Positions 1-9,667 are shown, counted from the stretch's first letter. The stretch is 64,000 nucleotides of DNA from an uncultured Gammaproteobacteria bacterium (GCA_963698895.1 CAVOSO010000005.1:6381-70380), one strand, 5' to 3'. The notes: generated from the sequence alone by a model not told the origin. Numbers and translations: made by a program.

Positions 1-331
1 GAGGCCGTTCTAGCTAGTGTCTGGACTAGTCCTTATCCAGGGCGTCTGAGTTGAAACTAGGCCTATGGTGGATCTGCTGAGGCTGCAGTGCGGCTATCAG
101 TGGTGATTTCGAGGGGAAATGATTCCAGAGGTGTCGGAAAGACGGATATCAATCAGAAACTAGGTTATGTAGGGCTCACACAACTTCGAGAGTCCGCTTG
201 AGGCGCTCATTGGGCGAGAGAGCTAGGTCTGCCCGAATAACCCACATATGCGCATAATGTATATTATGTTAAATTACAGATATACCTGGATAGCACCAGC
301 CACCCTGCCGTGGCTAAATCCTGGACCGACT

Positions 332-378
332 GGCGAAATTCTTGCGCAGAATCCGGCGAAATCATCTGCGCAGAATCG
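332..378. repeat. two tandem ~23-nt direct repeats (GGCGAAATTCTTGCGCAGAATCC / GGCGAAATCATCTGCGCAGAATCG)
   Basis: Read directly at 332-354 and 355-378. Each unit holds an imperfect palindrome around TGCGCA. It lies in a ~1.2-kb stretch without a convincing ORF. Confidence 0.6.
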
Positions 379-1294
379 CCGTTATTCCGACGGAATTGGC
401 CCTTCATCCGGATGCAAATGTTTTGCTCAGGCACACGCTGACAGAGCAAACTCCTTGATCAAAAATGAGTCGTTGTTGAGCTTTGAGTCGCGCGGTTCCG
501 TGTCGTAGAACTATGGCGTTGGAAACGCAATCGAGGCCCTCAATGCACGTTACTTCTGAGTCGTTGCTTGTCCTGCTGCGTTCTGCAGTCGTTCTCGCTG
601 TGGTCGTGCCGTGCCCACATGGCTCCTTTGGAACTGGATTGCTGTCACGGTTTTCGAATTGCCGGCACTGTCGGTCCTGCAACCTTTGGCCTTCTTCTTC
701 TGTTGAGCTTCCTATTTGGCAGGAAACTGACGGTCAAGCGTCAATGAATGGACACTGAAACCGACGCTACTCGCGAGAACGATGCCAATTGGGCTTTTCC
801 AATGCTACGACTCGTCTTATGCGGAACCACTCTTGAGATCGCCGGGCAGTTGGACTGGCGCTTGCGCTTCGTACCGGCTTAATTCCACGAGAATTTGACC
901 CTATCGTTGACTTCTTTATCTATGGAGCAATTGTGGCCGGGGCTGGCCGTGTTGATGTCGCTTTTGTATTTGTGGATTAGGCCGAGTCTGACAACGACGC
1001 GCGATTTATAAACTACGATTCTCAAACTACGTTTCACATGTTGTGAATTCGAGTTATAGCGATCTTACAAAGATCTAAAAATATTGCGACTCCCCAACTA
1101 ATATACAAAAGTTAAGATTACTTGGGGAGTTGTAACTATTGTTATTATTGACTTTTTCGCTGTTTTAGGGGTACTGTCGGTACCCCTATCGTAATGTTTT
1201 TCCTTAAGTTTTATAGGAAATCGCACAAAAGTTAATGAAATGCTGAATTCTGAGATTCTCGCCGCCGATCCCCAATCCGAATCACCCGAAACTC

Positions 1295-1896
1295 GGTGAC
1301 ACGATCAAGGTCGAGCCGATTCGGACCGTCAATGCCATCAACAAGATCAAGAAGAACCTGGCGCCCTCCCCTCGAAATCTCGCGCTATTCGTTGTCGGCA
1401 TCAACACGGCATACCGTGCATCCGAACTTGCTGTCGATTCGTCTCGGCCAGGTCCGTCATCTCAGCACCCGGCGACCGGCTTGAGGTCAAACAGAAGAAA
1501 ACCAAGAAGTATCGAGCCGTGACGCTCAACAACGGCTCTGTAGTGGCAATTCAGGCGCTCCTGGAGCATCTGGATCGCAAGGCGCTGCAGATGAAGGACC
1601 TGACCTGGGTCGATGATGATTCGTTTCTGTTTGCCGGCAAGGACCCGAGCAAGTCGCTGACGGTACCGTATCTGAACAACCTGGTGAAGGATTGGTGCCG
1701 GAAGGCGAATCTGAAGGGCAACTACGGTAGCCACTCGCTTCGAAAGACCTGGGGATACATGCAGCGTACCAAACAGGACACCCCTATTCCGCTTCTGATG
1801 CAGGCATTCGGGCATGCGAGCCAGCAGCAGACGCTCGCGTACTTGTGCATTCAGGATGAGGAAATCGATTCGATCTATACGGCCTTGGAGCTTTGA
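1295..1896 (+). pseudogene. small tyrosine recombinase/integrase disrupted by two frame changes
   Basis: One protein is spread over three frames. GDTIKVEPIRTVNAINKIKKNLAPSPRNLALFVVGINTAYRASEL is in the frame of 1295. LLSIRLGQVRHLS is in ORF 1296..1484. PGDRLEVKQKKTKKYRAVTLNNG... runs to the stop in ORF 1519..1896. Catalytic signature pieces are present: AYRASEL (Arg), HSLRKTWGY (H-x-x-R), GH and TLAYL (Tyr). The shifts lie near 1425 and 1468. Confidence 0.75.
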
Positions 1897-2131
1897 GAGC
1901 CGATCGTCGCCCTAAGCAAGTGCTTTGCGCTATTGATTGCCTAGTCGGCAGTGCCCCAGAACGAACGGAATAGACCACATTTCGGACGGGGTACCACAAT
2001 ACGCCCTTGCAGTGAGCGCAATCCGTTCTGCGGCTCAAGACAAGGAGTGCATACATATGGCGTGGTCGGATGGTTTAGAGGAAGGTACACCCGCATATGC
2101 ATTGCGGCCTCTCCCAACGAAAACGTGAAGG

Positions 2132-3994
2132 GTGGTTGCCGGACCTGGGACCGGCAAGTCCTTTGCCATGAAACGACGAGTCGCGCGCTTACTTGAGAGC
2201 GGTGTCGATGCCCAGACAATTTTGCCGGTGACATTTACTCGCGTAGCCGCGGAAGACCTCCATCGCGAGCTGGTCGGAATGCAAGTCCCAGGCTGCGAGG
2301 ATCTTCAGGGAAGAACGTTGCACAGCCTCGCGCTACGTATCCTAATGCGACACCACGTACTTGCAGCCACCGGCCGTGTCCCGCGCCCACTCAATCTCTT
2401 TGAAATAAAACCATTAGAGGCAGACTTGGCGCAGCAACACGGCGGACTAAAAGTCGTTCGCAAGAGAATGAGGGCTTACGAATCCGCGTGGGCACGGCTC
2501 CAACACGACGATCCCGGGTACGTTCAGTCTCCCGAAGACGCGGCATTTCAGCAAGATCTGCGTTCGTGGCTCCGGTTCCACAGCGCGATGCTTATTGGCG
2601 AAGTCATACCACAGCTTCATGCCTACCTTTCGACGAATCCCGCTGCTCCAGAACGAACTGAATACGCTCACATTCTGGTCGACGAATACCAAGACTTAAA
2701 TCGAGCTGAACAGGGGGTAATCGACCTCTTATCGGACGAAGCCGAGGTGTGCATTGTCGGCGACGACGACCAATCGATTTACAGTTTCAAGCACGCGCAT
2801 CCAGACGGGATAAGAGAATGGACAGAGGCACACGAAGATGCCGATGACTTAAGCCTAGACTATTGTCGAAGGTGTCCGACTCAAGTAGTTGAGATGGCAA
2901 ACGCGCTTATAGCCAATAACGTGAATCGGCCGGCAGAGCGCGTGCTGGAACCGATGGAAGAAAACGGACAAGGGATTGTTCAGATTATCCAGTATCAAGA
3001 CTTGCAGGATGAGATTCTGGGCGTTGTCGAAATGATCTCTGAAATGGTTGAGCAGGGAGTTCCACCTGGCGACATAGTTGTACTTGCGCAACGCGGGGCA
3101 ATTGGCACTCCAATTTACGAGGAACTAGTACGACGTGAGATTCCAGCTGAGTCTTACTACGCACAATCGGAACTAGATGTGGAAGAAGCACAACGTCGCT
3201 TTGCGGTGTTGAAGATGTTTGTAGATAGAGAGGATCGTGTTGCGTTACGTTGGCTACTTGGGCTCGGAAGCAATAATTGGCGGACGAGAAGCTATCGACG
3301 ACTGCGAGACCATTGCGCTCAAAATGGCTCAACACCCTGGCAAACATTGACTCAAATCGAGAACGGAGACCTCTCACTACCGTATGTCAGCGCGCTGGTC
3401 GGTCGGTTCTCGGAAGTGAGAAACGAAATCGACCAAATTGAGGATCTCGCCGCAGACGGAGGCCTTATTTCAGTGATCGATCACCTTTTCCCGGATGACG
3501 ACCTACTCGTACGCGATCTACGATCGCTATCTCTGGACGTGTTGGAGTCAGTCGGGGGCGAAGATCGACAGAGGTTTCTTCGCGTACTAACGACCGCTAT
3601 TGCAAGACCTGAAGTTCCTACGGAGATTGCGGAAGTTCGAATCATGAGCCTGCACAAGAGCAAGGGGCTGAGTGCGCCTGTGACGTTTGTGGCTGGTTGT
3701 GTCGAAGGATTGCTGCCACAGCAGCCAGATGGAGACCTGCCTCAAGCACTTCAGGACGCGTCGCTTGAAGAACAACGTCGTTTGTTCTACGTGGGGATCT
3801 CGCGCGTTAAAGCTGATCCCAAGAACGGCAAACCGGGAACTCTAGTTCTAACTTATTCCCAGGCAATGCCATTAGCCACTGCAATGAGTGCAGGAGTTTC
3901 TCCAGCGTCGATAAATTATGGTACCGCCTACCTTCATGCCAGCAGGTTTATTCAGGAGATCGGGCAAGCAGGACCTGCGCCCGTAGTGGGCTGA
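2132..3994 (+). CDS. UvrD/Rep/PcrA-family SF1 DNA helicase; upstream part of the frame is cut off by an in-frame TGA at 2126-2128
   Basis: SF1 motifs appear in order: VAGPGTGKS (Walker A, residues 2-10), TFTRVAAEDL, ILVDEYQDLN (motif II), IVGDDDQSIYSF (III), LHKSKGLSAPVTFV (V), RRLFYVGISRVK (VI). ORF 1937..2128 is in the same frame and is separated only by TGA plus one codon. Confidence 0.85.
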   Translation: MVAGPGTGKSFAMKRRVARLLESGVDAQTILPVTFTRVAAEDLHRELVGMQVPGCEDLQGRTLHSLALRILMRHHVLAATGRVPRPLNLFEIKPLEADLAQQHGGLKVVRKRMRAYESAWARLQHDDPGYVQSPEDAAFQQDLRSWLRFHSAMLIGEVIPQLHAYLSTNPAAPERTEYAHILVDEYQDLNRAEQGVIDLLSDEAEVCIVGDDDQSIYSFKHAHPDGIREWTEAHEDADDLSLDYCRRCPTQVVEMANALIANNVNRPAERVLEPMEENGQGIVQIIQYQDLQDEILGVVEMISEMVEQGVPPGDIVVLAQRGAIGTPIYEELVRREIPAESYYAQSELDVEEAQRRFAVLKMFVDREDRVALRWLLGLGSNNWRTRSYRRLRDHCAQNGSTPWQTLTQIENGDLSLPYVSALVGRFSEVRNEIDQIEDLAADGGLISVIDHLFPDDDLLVRDLRSLSLDVLESVGGEDRQRFLRVLTTAIARPEVPTEIAEVRIMSLHKSKGLSAPVTFVAGCVEGLLPQQPDGDLPQALQDASLEEQRRLFYVGISRVKADPKNGKPGTLVLTYSQAMPLATAMSAGVSPASINYGTAYLHASRFIQEIGQAGPAPVVG

Positions 3995-4034
3995 CTGTTT
4001 CGCTACATATCAAAGAGCTGTCTATGTGCGAGAC

Positions 4035-4077
4035 TGCCGGCTCCAGTTGTTAGGACATTAGTCCTAAGGGGCCGGCA
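4035..4077 (+). terminator. two-tier stem-loop downstream of the helicase gene (possible terminator or protein-binding hairpin)
   Basis: TGCCGGC-tccagt-TGTTAGGAC-atta-GTCCTAA-gg-GGCCGGCA. The outer stem is 7 bp and the inner stem 7-8 bp. No U-tract follows, so intrinsic-terminator function is uncertain. Confidence 0.35.
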
Positions 4078-4355
4078 CAAAATGTCATTGGGGCAGAGAA
4101 AGAATGCTGACTAGTCCAGCCAGATGGGATTGGAGAGGTTTTTGATTAGAATCAATCCTCTAACCGCAAAGCAACTGAGTGACCTTGCGCGACTTGAATT
4201 CAACAAGTCTCACGTTCTCGCAACGTCAGAAATAAAGAAGAAAGGTTGGAAAAAGGCGCGATGGGAATGGACAGTCGTTGCTTCTTTGTCGACAAATGTC
4301 TTCCGTAGCAAGGGTCTGGTATCCAGAGCTTGCGAAGTCGAATCCCTGAATCCGC

Positions 4356-5255
4356 TTGGATTTGACCACAGTATTCACACATCAGAGCCCCTATGTTAGT
4401 TGGCCACGGTCCTCGAGCAGCTCGGTGAAGTGTGAGCTTGCTGATTTACTGATCGTCGTAATTGATCGGACCTCAAAGAAGTGTTCAGCAAGCGCGCTCC
4501 TCTTGCAGGCGAAGCTAGCATATGGCCCTACCATCGCGATTTCTAATGCGTCTGAGCGAAAGCAATTGGAACTGTATGCTAGCCGGCGAGTATTTGATGT
4601 TTGCCAGTCAAACGCCCCGAAAAGCATTGACTTGAAATCTATGTCGCCCGATAGCTCTCTGGTCTACATGGCTTGCCCGGATGTCAGCTCGACAACACTT
4701 GTACGCCGGTATTCTAGACATACGTGGCTAACTGCGAACGGTATTGCTGCTTGCGCAGGCTCAACGCGCCTGCCCCTCAACAATTGTCTGTCGTATTCAA
4801 CCGTTGGCATGCTTCTCAATACGTGGGGATGGGGCTTCAACTTACCACCTGCGGGAAAGGACTGGAGGTGGCTCGCAACAAATTACCCAAGCGATCACTG
4901 GTCAATACTAATCAACTTCTTGCTTGAACGAACATTACTCCAGAGAGCTGCCCCGTCGCACTCGGATGTACTTGGGAGGAGGACACGGGGATTTGTCGAT
5001 TATGTGCGCCTTGAACCAAGCGGCGAACTACCGCCAGGTGCTAGTGCTGGCCGCGCAGACCCACATATATCCGGACACGAATCACCGCCTGACCATCCGC
5101 TAGATTCGTCCATTGATACACGATTTGGGAGTTCCCGACTTTTCTCTCAAGGGAATGGACATGGTGGCTCGATTGTGGGTGATGGAGATTTTCAAGCTCC
5201 TGAAGACGGCCCGATAAGTGTTGTACGGTTTGATCTCACCTCAATCGACAACTGA
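4356..5255 (+). CDS. hypothetical protein; N-terminal segment resembles a PD-(D/E)xK nuclease core
   Basis: 299-aa ORF. KCELADLLIVVIDRT...ASALLLQAKL has the hydrophobic-strand D ... Q-x-K arrangement typical of restriction-endonuclease-like folds. No other recognisable domain. It overlaps ORF 4124..4399 in another frame, so the 5' end is uncertain. Confidence 0.4.
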   Translation: MDLTTVFTHQSPYVSWPRSSSSSVKCELADLLIVVIDRTSKKCSASALLLQAKLAYGPTIAISNASERKQLELYASRRVFDVCQSNAPKSIDLKSMSPDSSLVYMACPDVSSTTLVRRYSRHTWLTANGIAACAGSTRLPLNNCLSYSTVGMLLNTWGWGFNLPPAGKDWRWLATNYPSDHWSILINFLLERTLLQRAAPSHSDVLGRRTRGFVDYVRLEPSGELPPGASAGRADPHISGHESPPDHPLDSSIDTRFGSSRLFSQGNGHGGSIVGDGDFQAPEDGPISVVRFDLTSIDN

Positions 5256-5382
5256 CCAGTTAAAGCACGCTTCTCCGGAGTCCATTTCTTGGTAAACCCA
5301 AAAGGCACAGGTGGAAGAGCGCAACAGCTATGATCAATCTGAGCTCTCTCTTGACCGGAATGAGTATCCTGGACCAAATTCG

Positions 5383-5412
5383 TGCGAATTTCTTGGCGCC
5401 CTGCTCTGAAGC
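5383..5412 (+). repeat. intergenic repeat family copy 1 (core TTCTTGGCGCCCTGCTC)
   Basis: The 17-nt core is identical to copy 2 and lies about 60 nt upstream of the NERD gene start. Confidence 0.6.
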
Positions 5413-5465
5413 CCATTGATTTGTGTGGTAATGATGCCCACGCGGCCAATAATGAGTGAACAAAA

Positions 5466-6188
5466 TTGGAAGTACTCGCTCTAGTAGTTTTTGTTCTGTT
5501 CCTTCTGATCGGAGCATACCTTCGGTCACCAACTGTTAAGGGTGCACGAGGTGAGCGGCGCGTCAATTCGGTTCTCGACCGTAAACTGCCCAGCAACGAG
5601 TACAAGATATTTGACGACATCACCCTACCAACTTCTTTTGGTCCGACGCAGATCGACCATATTGTCGTTTCCAGGTACGGCATATTTGTCATTGAAACCA
5701 AGAACTACACCGGTTGGATTTTCGGTGACGCCAGGTCGAGGCAGTGGACCCAAGTAATTTTTAAGGAGAAGAATCGCTTCATGAATCCGCTACGGCAGAA
5801 CTACAAACATACAAAGGCCGTTGAATCTTTCTTTTCACTCGGACCGCAGTACGTACATTCTGTTGTCGTATTTGCCGGCGACGCCAAGTTCAAGACTGAT
5901 CTCCCCGCCAACGTGATTCATCGCCGTGACCTCTATCCTTATATCCGATCTAAACGAGAGCTGCTTCTGGGAACGGCTCGTGTGAGGGACATTGCACAGA
6001 AGTTGAGTCAATATAAGGCGGGGACTCTGAAAGAACCTCCTACTCTGTCGGTAGCTCGCGATGACCCTCAATGTCCAAAATGCGGGGAGCAAATGGTCAA
6101 GCGGACGGCGCGAAAAGGGAGTAACGCTGGCGGAGAATTCTGGGGCTGCCCGCAGTTCCCAAAATGCCGAGGAGTTAGACAAATTTAG
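5466..6188 (+). CDS. NERD domain protein with C-terminal topoisomerase-type C4 zinc finger
   Basis: N-terminal TM segment. NERD-like core: GERRVNSVL...IDHIVVSRYGIFVIETKNYTGWI. C-terminal CPKCGEQMVKRTARKGSNAGGEFWGCPQFPKCRG. Confidence 0.85.
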   Translation: MEVLALVVFVLFLLIGAYLRSPTVKGARGERRVNSVLDRKLPSNEYKIFDDITLPTSFGPTQIDHIVVSRYGIFVIETKNYTGWIFGDARSRQWTQVIFKEKNRFMNPLRQNYKHTKAVESFFSLGPQYVHSVVVFAGDAKFKTDLPANVIHRRDLYPYIRSKRELLLGTARVRDIAQKLSQYKAGTLKEPPTLSVARDDPQCPKCGEQMVKRTARKGSNAGGEFWGCPQFPKCRGVRQI

Positions 6189-6276
6189 TCAATTCGGCGA
6201 TATTCGGTCAAAGCTCGATTCTTCGCGCAGTTTCACCCGCCGTTCCCAAATGGCCAACAAATTCTAAGACCAATTT

Positions 6277-6353
6277 GGTTCTTAACTTTTCCGTAGTTCT
6301 TGGCGCCCTGCTCCATCGCCAGGGGCAAAAAAGCGGGTCACGACTTGCCCCTT
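6277..6353 (+). repeat. intergenic repeat family copy 2 (GGTTCTTAACTTTTCCGTAGTTCTTGGCGCCCTGCTCC...GGGGCAA-N16-TTGCCCC)
   Basis: Matches copy 3 at 26 of 29 nt over GGTTCTTAAC...TCTTGGCG. Shares the TCTTGGCGCCCTGC core with copies 1 and 4. Contains the 7-bp stem GGGGCAA/TTGCCCC. Confidence 0.65.
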
Positions 6354-6401
6354 AGATGACTCTATTTTGTCTTGTAAACTAGGAGCTAATCAGAACTAAA
6401 T

Positions 6402-7346
6402 GTGACAGCGCTTCAACTAACCTTGAGTTCGCGAACAGAAAACAGAATCCCATTTGCACTACGCGATGGAAACCCGGTAGAGGTCTCTGAGGTTGAGAGA
6501 GGTCGGGCGTGCGGCTGCGTCTGTCCCGCGTGCGGGCATCCCCTGCGGGCTCGAAAGGGTAAGAAGAACGTTCACCATTTTGCACACGACCATGCAGCCG
6601 GGCCGTGGGACTGCAAGACTGCCTTCGAGACATCAATTCATCTGATGGCAAAGGAGATCCTGAGGGAAGATGGTTTCTTAGTTTTTCCCGAGTTAGTCAT
6701 CAAACGATCTGCCGAGGACCAGATTGGAGTGCTGCATACAGAGGAAACGCCTGTTTCGTTGACTGCCGAGAAGTCGTTTCAGCGCGTAGAGCTCGAAAAA
6801 CGCCTCGAGGGCATACGGCCGGACATAGTTGCGTATGTTGACGGTAATCCAGTTATTGTCGAGGTTGCAGTTACCAGCTTCGCTCAACAGGAAAAGAAAC
6901 AAAGAATAAGAAGACTGCGATTGCCTGCGATAGAAATTGACCTGAGTTCGGTGGACTACTCCACGACCAAGGAAGACCTCAGGAACAAAATACACTTAGA
7001 CAGCACGAAGAAGGAATGGCTTTCTAATCCGAAAGCGATTGAAGTGATCAGGCGAGTCGAAGCGAGCTTGGCGGCCGAGGTTCAGCGGGCCAACGACGCA
7101 TATCGTCGAAATGCGCGCAAGGAACCGTCAAATAGATCTAATGAACTCCCGGTGCGAAGCGCCGCCACTTTCAGACCAACCAGCATTTACACATCGGAGG
7201 GCACCGAGAAAACCCGTTGGTTTCGATGTGAGGCCTGCTGCTGTGTGTTCGAAATGCCTGTTTCCGCAGCCCCTTCCACTTCACGCAGTGTCACTTGTCC
7301 CGATTGCGGCCACATCGTTTCGACCGATCAGCGGCGGACCCGGTAA
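6402..7346 (+). CDS. CoiA-like competence/nuclease family protein with N- and C-terminal zinc ribbons
   Basis: CGCVCPACGHPLRARKGKKNVHHFAHDH...CKTAFETSIHLMAKEIL matches the CoiA N-terminal pattern. RPDIVAYVDGNPVIVEVAVTS resembles the PD-(D/E)xK-like core. A second CxxC pair is present (CEACC...CPDCGH). GTG start. Confidence 0.55.
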   Translation: MTALQLTLSSRTENRIPFALRDGNPVEVSEVERGRACGCVCPACGHPLRARKGKKNVHHFAHDHAAGPWDCKTAFETSIHLMAKEILREDGFLVFPELVIKRSAEDQIGVLHTEETPVSLTAEKSFQRVELEKRLEGIRPDIVAYVDGNPVIVEVAVTSFAQQEKKQRIRRLRLPAIEIDLSSVDYSTTKEDLRNKIHLDSTKKEWLSNPKAIEVIRRVEASLAAEVQRANDAYRRNARKEPSNRSNELPVRSAATFRPTSIYTSEGTEKTRWFRCEACCCVFEMPVSAAPSTSRSVTCPDCGHIVSTDQRRTR

Positions 7347-7405
7347 AGTAACCACTTGCGCAAGCGACAGTCCCTGGCCCGCAGTTGCTCCCTACTCCGT
7401 CAGCT

Positions 7406-7501
7406 GGTTCTTAACTTTTGCGTAAGTCTTGGCGTTATATTCCGAGCTCAAGGGCAAGGACGAGCCGGGACTGGACGTCTCGCCGCCTGCTACCTTGCCG
7501 G
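7406..7501 (+). repeat. intergenic repeat family copy 3 (GGTTCTTAACTTTTGCGTAAGTCTTGGCG...GGCAAGG-N33-CCTTGCC)
   Basis: Direct repeat of copy 2, flanking the CoiA-like gene. The stem position is kept but with a different sequence (GGCAAGG/CCTTGCC). Confidence 0.6.
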
Positions 7502-7586
7502 TACCCGCCGCTCAAGCGGCTGCTTTCAGGTTATCGTGAAACGTTGCTAATCGGCCAGTGGAGGATGTTCCTCGCGGATAGTTAAA

Positions 7587-8069
7587 CTAGTAGGTGGTGT
7601 TATTGCGCTGCGAAATCGCAAGCGTAAGAGAAGCCAAAACGCCAGCTGCGAAGAGCGCTACAGTCAGCAGTAGTGGCGGGTTGCCCGGTGTTCTCACGTA
7701 CACCGTAAACGTTGCGTAACATAGAAGCGCAGTGTAGCCGACCGCCGTAATTGGCAATAGCACAATGAATGGTCTTGGCATTTTTCGAAGCGAACTGCCG
7801 ATCATGAATAGAATCGCGAATCCGGATATGCAGGCACCACTTCCAAAGCCCTTCAAAAGGCCCAAGATCAAGCCCTGAGAATTCGCGTCCAGAGCGCCCC
7901 ACTCTTTTTGCAGGGCTTCGGCGTGGTAAGGCATAAACTCGTCCAGCGACAAGTAGAGGCAGCCCAACAAGAACAAACCGAGGCCAACGATAGCGAATAG
8001 GAACAGAGAAAATCTGAACAATGTGATCGTGAGTTGCGAGACTTTCCGCTTTGAGCCGTGAACAGACAT
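7587..8069 (-). CDS. hypothetical integral membrane protein (about 4 TM segments)
   Basis: 160-aa ORF with four long hydrophobic stretches (LFLFAIVGLGLFLLGCLYL, ILGLLKGFGSGACISGFAILFMIG, etc.). No recognisable family. Confidence 0.5.
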   Translation of the reverse strand: MSVHGSKRKVSQLTITLFRFSLFLFAIVGLGLFLLGCLYLSLDEFMPYHAEALQKEWGALDANSQGLILGLLKGFGSGACISGFAILFMIGSSLRKMPRPFIVLLPITAVGYTALLCYATFTVYVRTPGNPPLLLTVALFAAGVLASLTLAISQRNNTTY

Positions 8070-8106
8070 TCTAAGAATTCGATACCTATACGCTAATTAC
8101 CAGTGC

Positions 8107-9667
8107 TTACTTGAATTTCTGAAAGACACGGGGATCTATCGCGGCAGCGCCAAGCATGCCACCCAACAGGGCTCCGGCGATGCCTGGCGTCGCAACGTCC
8201 TGACCCGAGAGAAACAGGCCCGGCACCGGCGTCCGCGCGCTGAGGGCATCGGAAAGTAGACGGCGCGGTGTGGTTTCGATCCCGTAGAATCCGCCTTTCT
8301 CATGACCGGTGAAAGATGCCGTGGCGAGCGGCGTGCCGAGCTCACAATGGACGATGAATTGTTCGAGCGCCGGGAACTTCGCTGAAAAGAACGCCATGAG
8401 TTTCGCTTCGACGTGCTGCTTGAGCGAACGCCACTCGTCTGCGCGGTGTTTCGGCCCCGCCGGCGGAAAACGGAGCCACATCTGACCAGTCCGCCCAGAC
8501 GAATGCCTCGCCGGTATGCCGCTTCGACGGTCCCGGCGTCGTGCATAGGATCCTTTAGCGACGGGAATGAGATGAACATCCAGGGAATCGGCTCGTCGCC
8601 GGCAGGTGACCAGATAACGTCGTTCGTATTCCAGCTCTCGTAGAACCAGTGGTTGGCACGCGTTGCGCCGATGTCGGGCAATATCGCCCTCGAAGCCGAG
8701 AAAGATTTCGAAGTGACACATCGACGGTTTAAACGTGCCTATCTCTGGGCCCACTCCTGCTGACAAATCTCCTTCGGCAGCAGATGCCTGATAGTTCCGT
8801 CGGCTCCGACAGCCGAGACGATAACCGGCGCACGAAACTCCTCACCGGAGACTCGTGCGCACACCGACGGCTTTGCCATCTTCGATCATGATCGCGCTAA
8901 CCGGCGTGCTGGCGCGGGCGCTGCCGCCGGCTTCCTCGATCACCGGGACGAGGCCCGCCGCAATCGCAGAGGCCCCGCCCACGGGATAGCCGGCTCCTTC
9001 GAGGTAGTGGCCCATGATGAGTCGCGTGCATAGCAAAGCTTGCCTCCGTCGGTTTGCCGCCATAGGTGCCCCATTGCGCCGACAACACAGCGGCCAGCCG
9101 CGGATCGGACACGATGTCGCCGATTACTTCGTGGGTCGTGCGGCCACACCATCGCTGAATCTTGTTTCTGTTCCACCAGCTGTGCGCGGACCGGAACGGT
9201 TCCGGCATTGCCCGCTCGGTGCTGACGATGCGCATCGCTTCCTCTGCCGAATGCAATGCTTCGAAATACGTGTCGATATCTGCAGCATGATCGGGGAATC
9301 GCTCCTTGAGCTCCGTCTTGTAGGCGTCGGCCGGACGTCCGACAGAGATGTCCAGTCCATCGGGGAAGTGAAGCACGTCATAGACGGTGCCGACCGAGTG
9401 AAACTCGATGGTGCTGCCGCTGAGCCAGTCGAGGAATGCGCCCGGCGAACTGATCATGACCGAACAAGCCGCAGTAATGGAGGCCAACATCCCAGGTGAA
9501 ACCGTCTCTGGAGAATGTGTGCGTGAGTCCGCCGATCGTCTGCGCCTGCTCCAGCAGCAACACCTTGTGGTCCAGTCGCGACAAGCGCGGCAGCCGTCGT
9601 CATACCACCCATGCCGGAGCCTATGACAATGACATCAAATGCATTGTCTTCTGTCCGTATTCTTCAT
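8107..9667 (-). pseudogene. FAD-dependent oxidoreductase of the phytoene desaturase (CrtI)-like family, multiply frameshifted
   Basis: Collinear pieces are scattered over at least five minus-strand ORFs or frames. They include FDVIVIGSGMGGMTTAAAL (dinucleotide fold), SRLDHKVLLLEQAQTIGGLTHTF and FLDWLSGSTIEFH...AAVLSAQWGTYGG. They continue with HYLEGAGYPVGGASAIAAGLVPVIEEAGG, IPWMFISFPSLKDP and FTGHEKGGFYGIE...GLFLSGQDVATPGIAGAL. Confidence 0.8.

Noticed and set aside
332-378. CRISPR-like repeat
   Set aside because: There are only two directly abutting units with no spacers, and no cas genes in the window.
2126-2128. Selenocysteine or programmed readthrough at the helicase TGA
   Set aside because: No SECIS-like hairpin immediately follows, and a Sec residue just before a P-loop has no precedent that I know of. 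A nonsense mutation or a base-call error is simpler.
4124-4399. 91-aa ORF as an independent gene
   Set aside because: It has no SD, no motifs, and overlaps the start of 4356..5255. It is kept only as a possible frameshifted N-terminal extension.
6297-6315. Sigma-54 promoter in TTGGCGCCCTGC
   Set aside because: The GG and GC dinucleotides are 6-7 nt apart. The spacing required by the TGGCAC-N5-TTGC consensus is 10 nt.
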